A DNA stretch of 64,000 nucleotides, taken from positions 620,001-684,000 of the forward strand of contig JAYWIR010000051.1 of assembly GCA_036172245.1 (NCBI GenBank), in the 5' to 3' direction. A program made the translations under genes and the position numbers. This document shows, in pieces, positions 63,981-64,000 of this stretch. Every line of letters begins with the position of its first letter. Positions within the stretch are counted from its first letter, which is position 1. The stretch is from Raillietiella orientalis (taxonomy: Eukaryota). The notes under the pieces were generated by a model. The model was not told the origin of the DNA. It saw nothing but the letters and a program-made list of their open reading frames with translations, and did no database searches.

Positions 63981-64000
63981 GACTTCCGGCAGCCTGCGGT

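Overview
Eukaryotic, GC-rich, CpG-rich genomic DNA, probably arthropod. One real protein-coding gene is visible: the 5' half of a CELF1/2-class (Bruno/CUGBP Elav-like) RNA-binding-protein gene on the minus strand. Four exons (27987-27881, 11447-11269, 9254-9172, 3274-3226) splice with canonical GT-AG sites and matching phases into an N-terminal leader plus a complete RRM1. RRM2/3 lie beyond coordinate 1. The rest is long introns and upstream DNA containing heavily decayed non-LTR retrotransposon (RT) fragments, a three-copy SINE-like repeat with an internal minisatellite, microsatellites and a few near-perfect hairpins. Nearly all long ORFs in the track are GC-driven artefacts. The most interesting signal is a candidate autoregulatory architecture: CELF-type UG/UGUU motifs cluster on the sense strand around the 5' exons, and there are several frame-shifting candidate cassette exons (one containing a perfect hairpin) plus phase-compatible alternative N-terminal exons. 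These are inferences that need RNA-seq and comparative data. I see no evidence for a prokaryote-type novel system.
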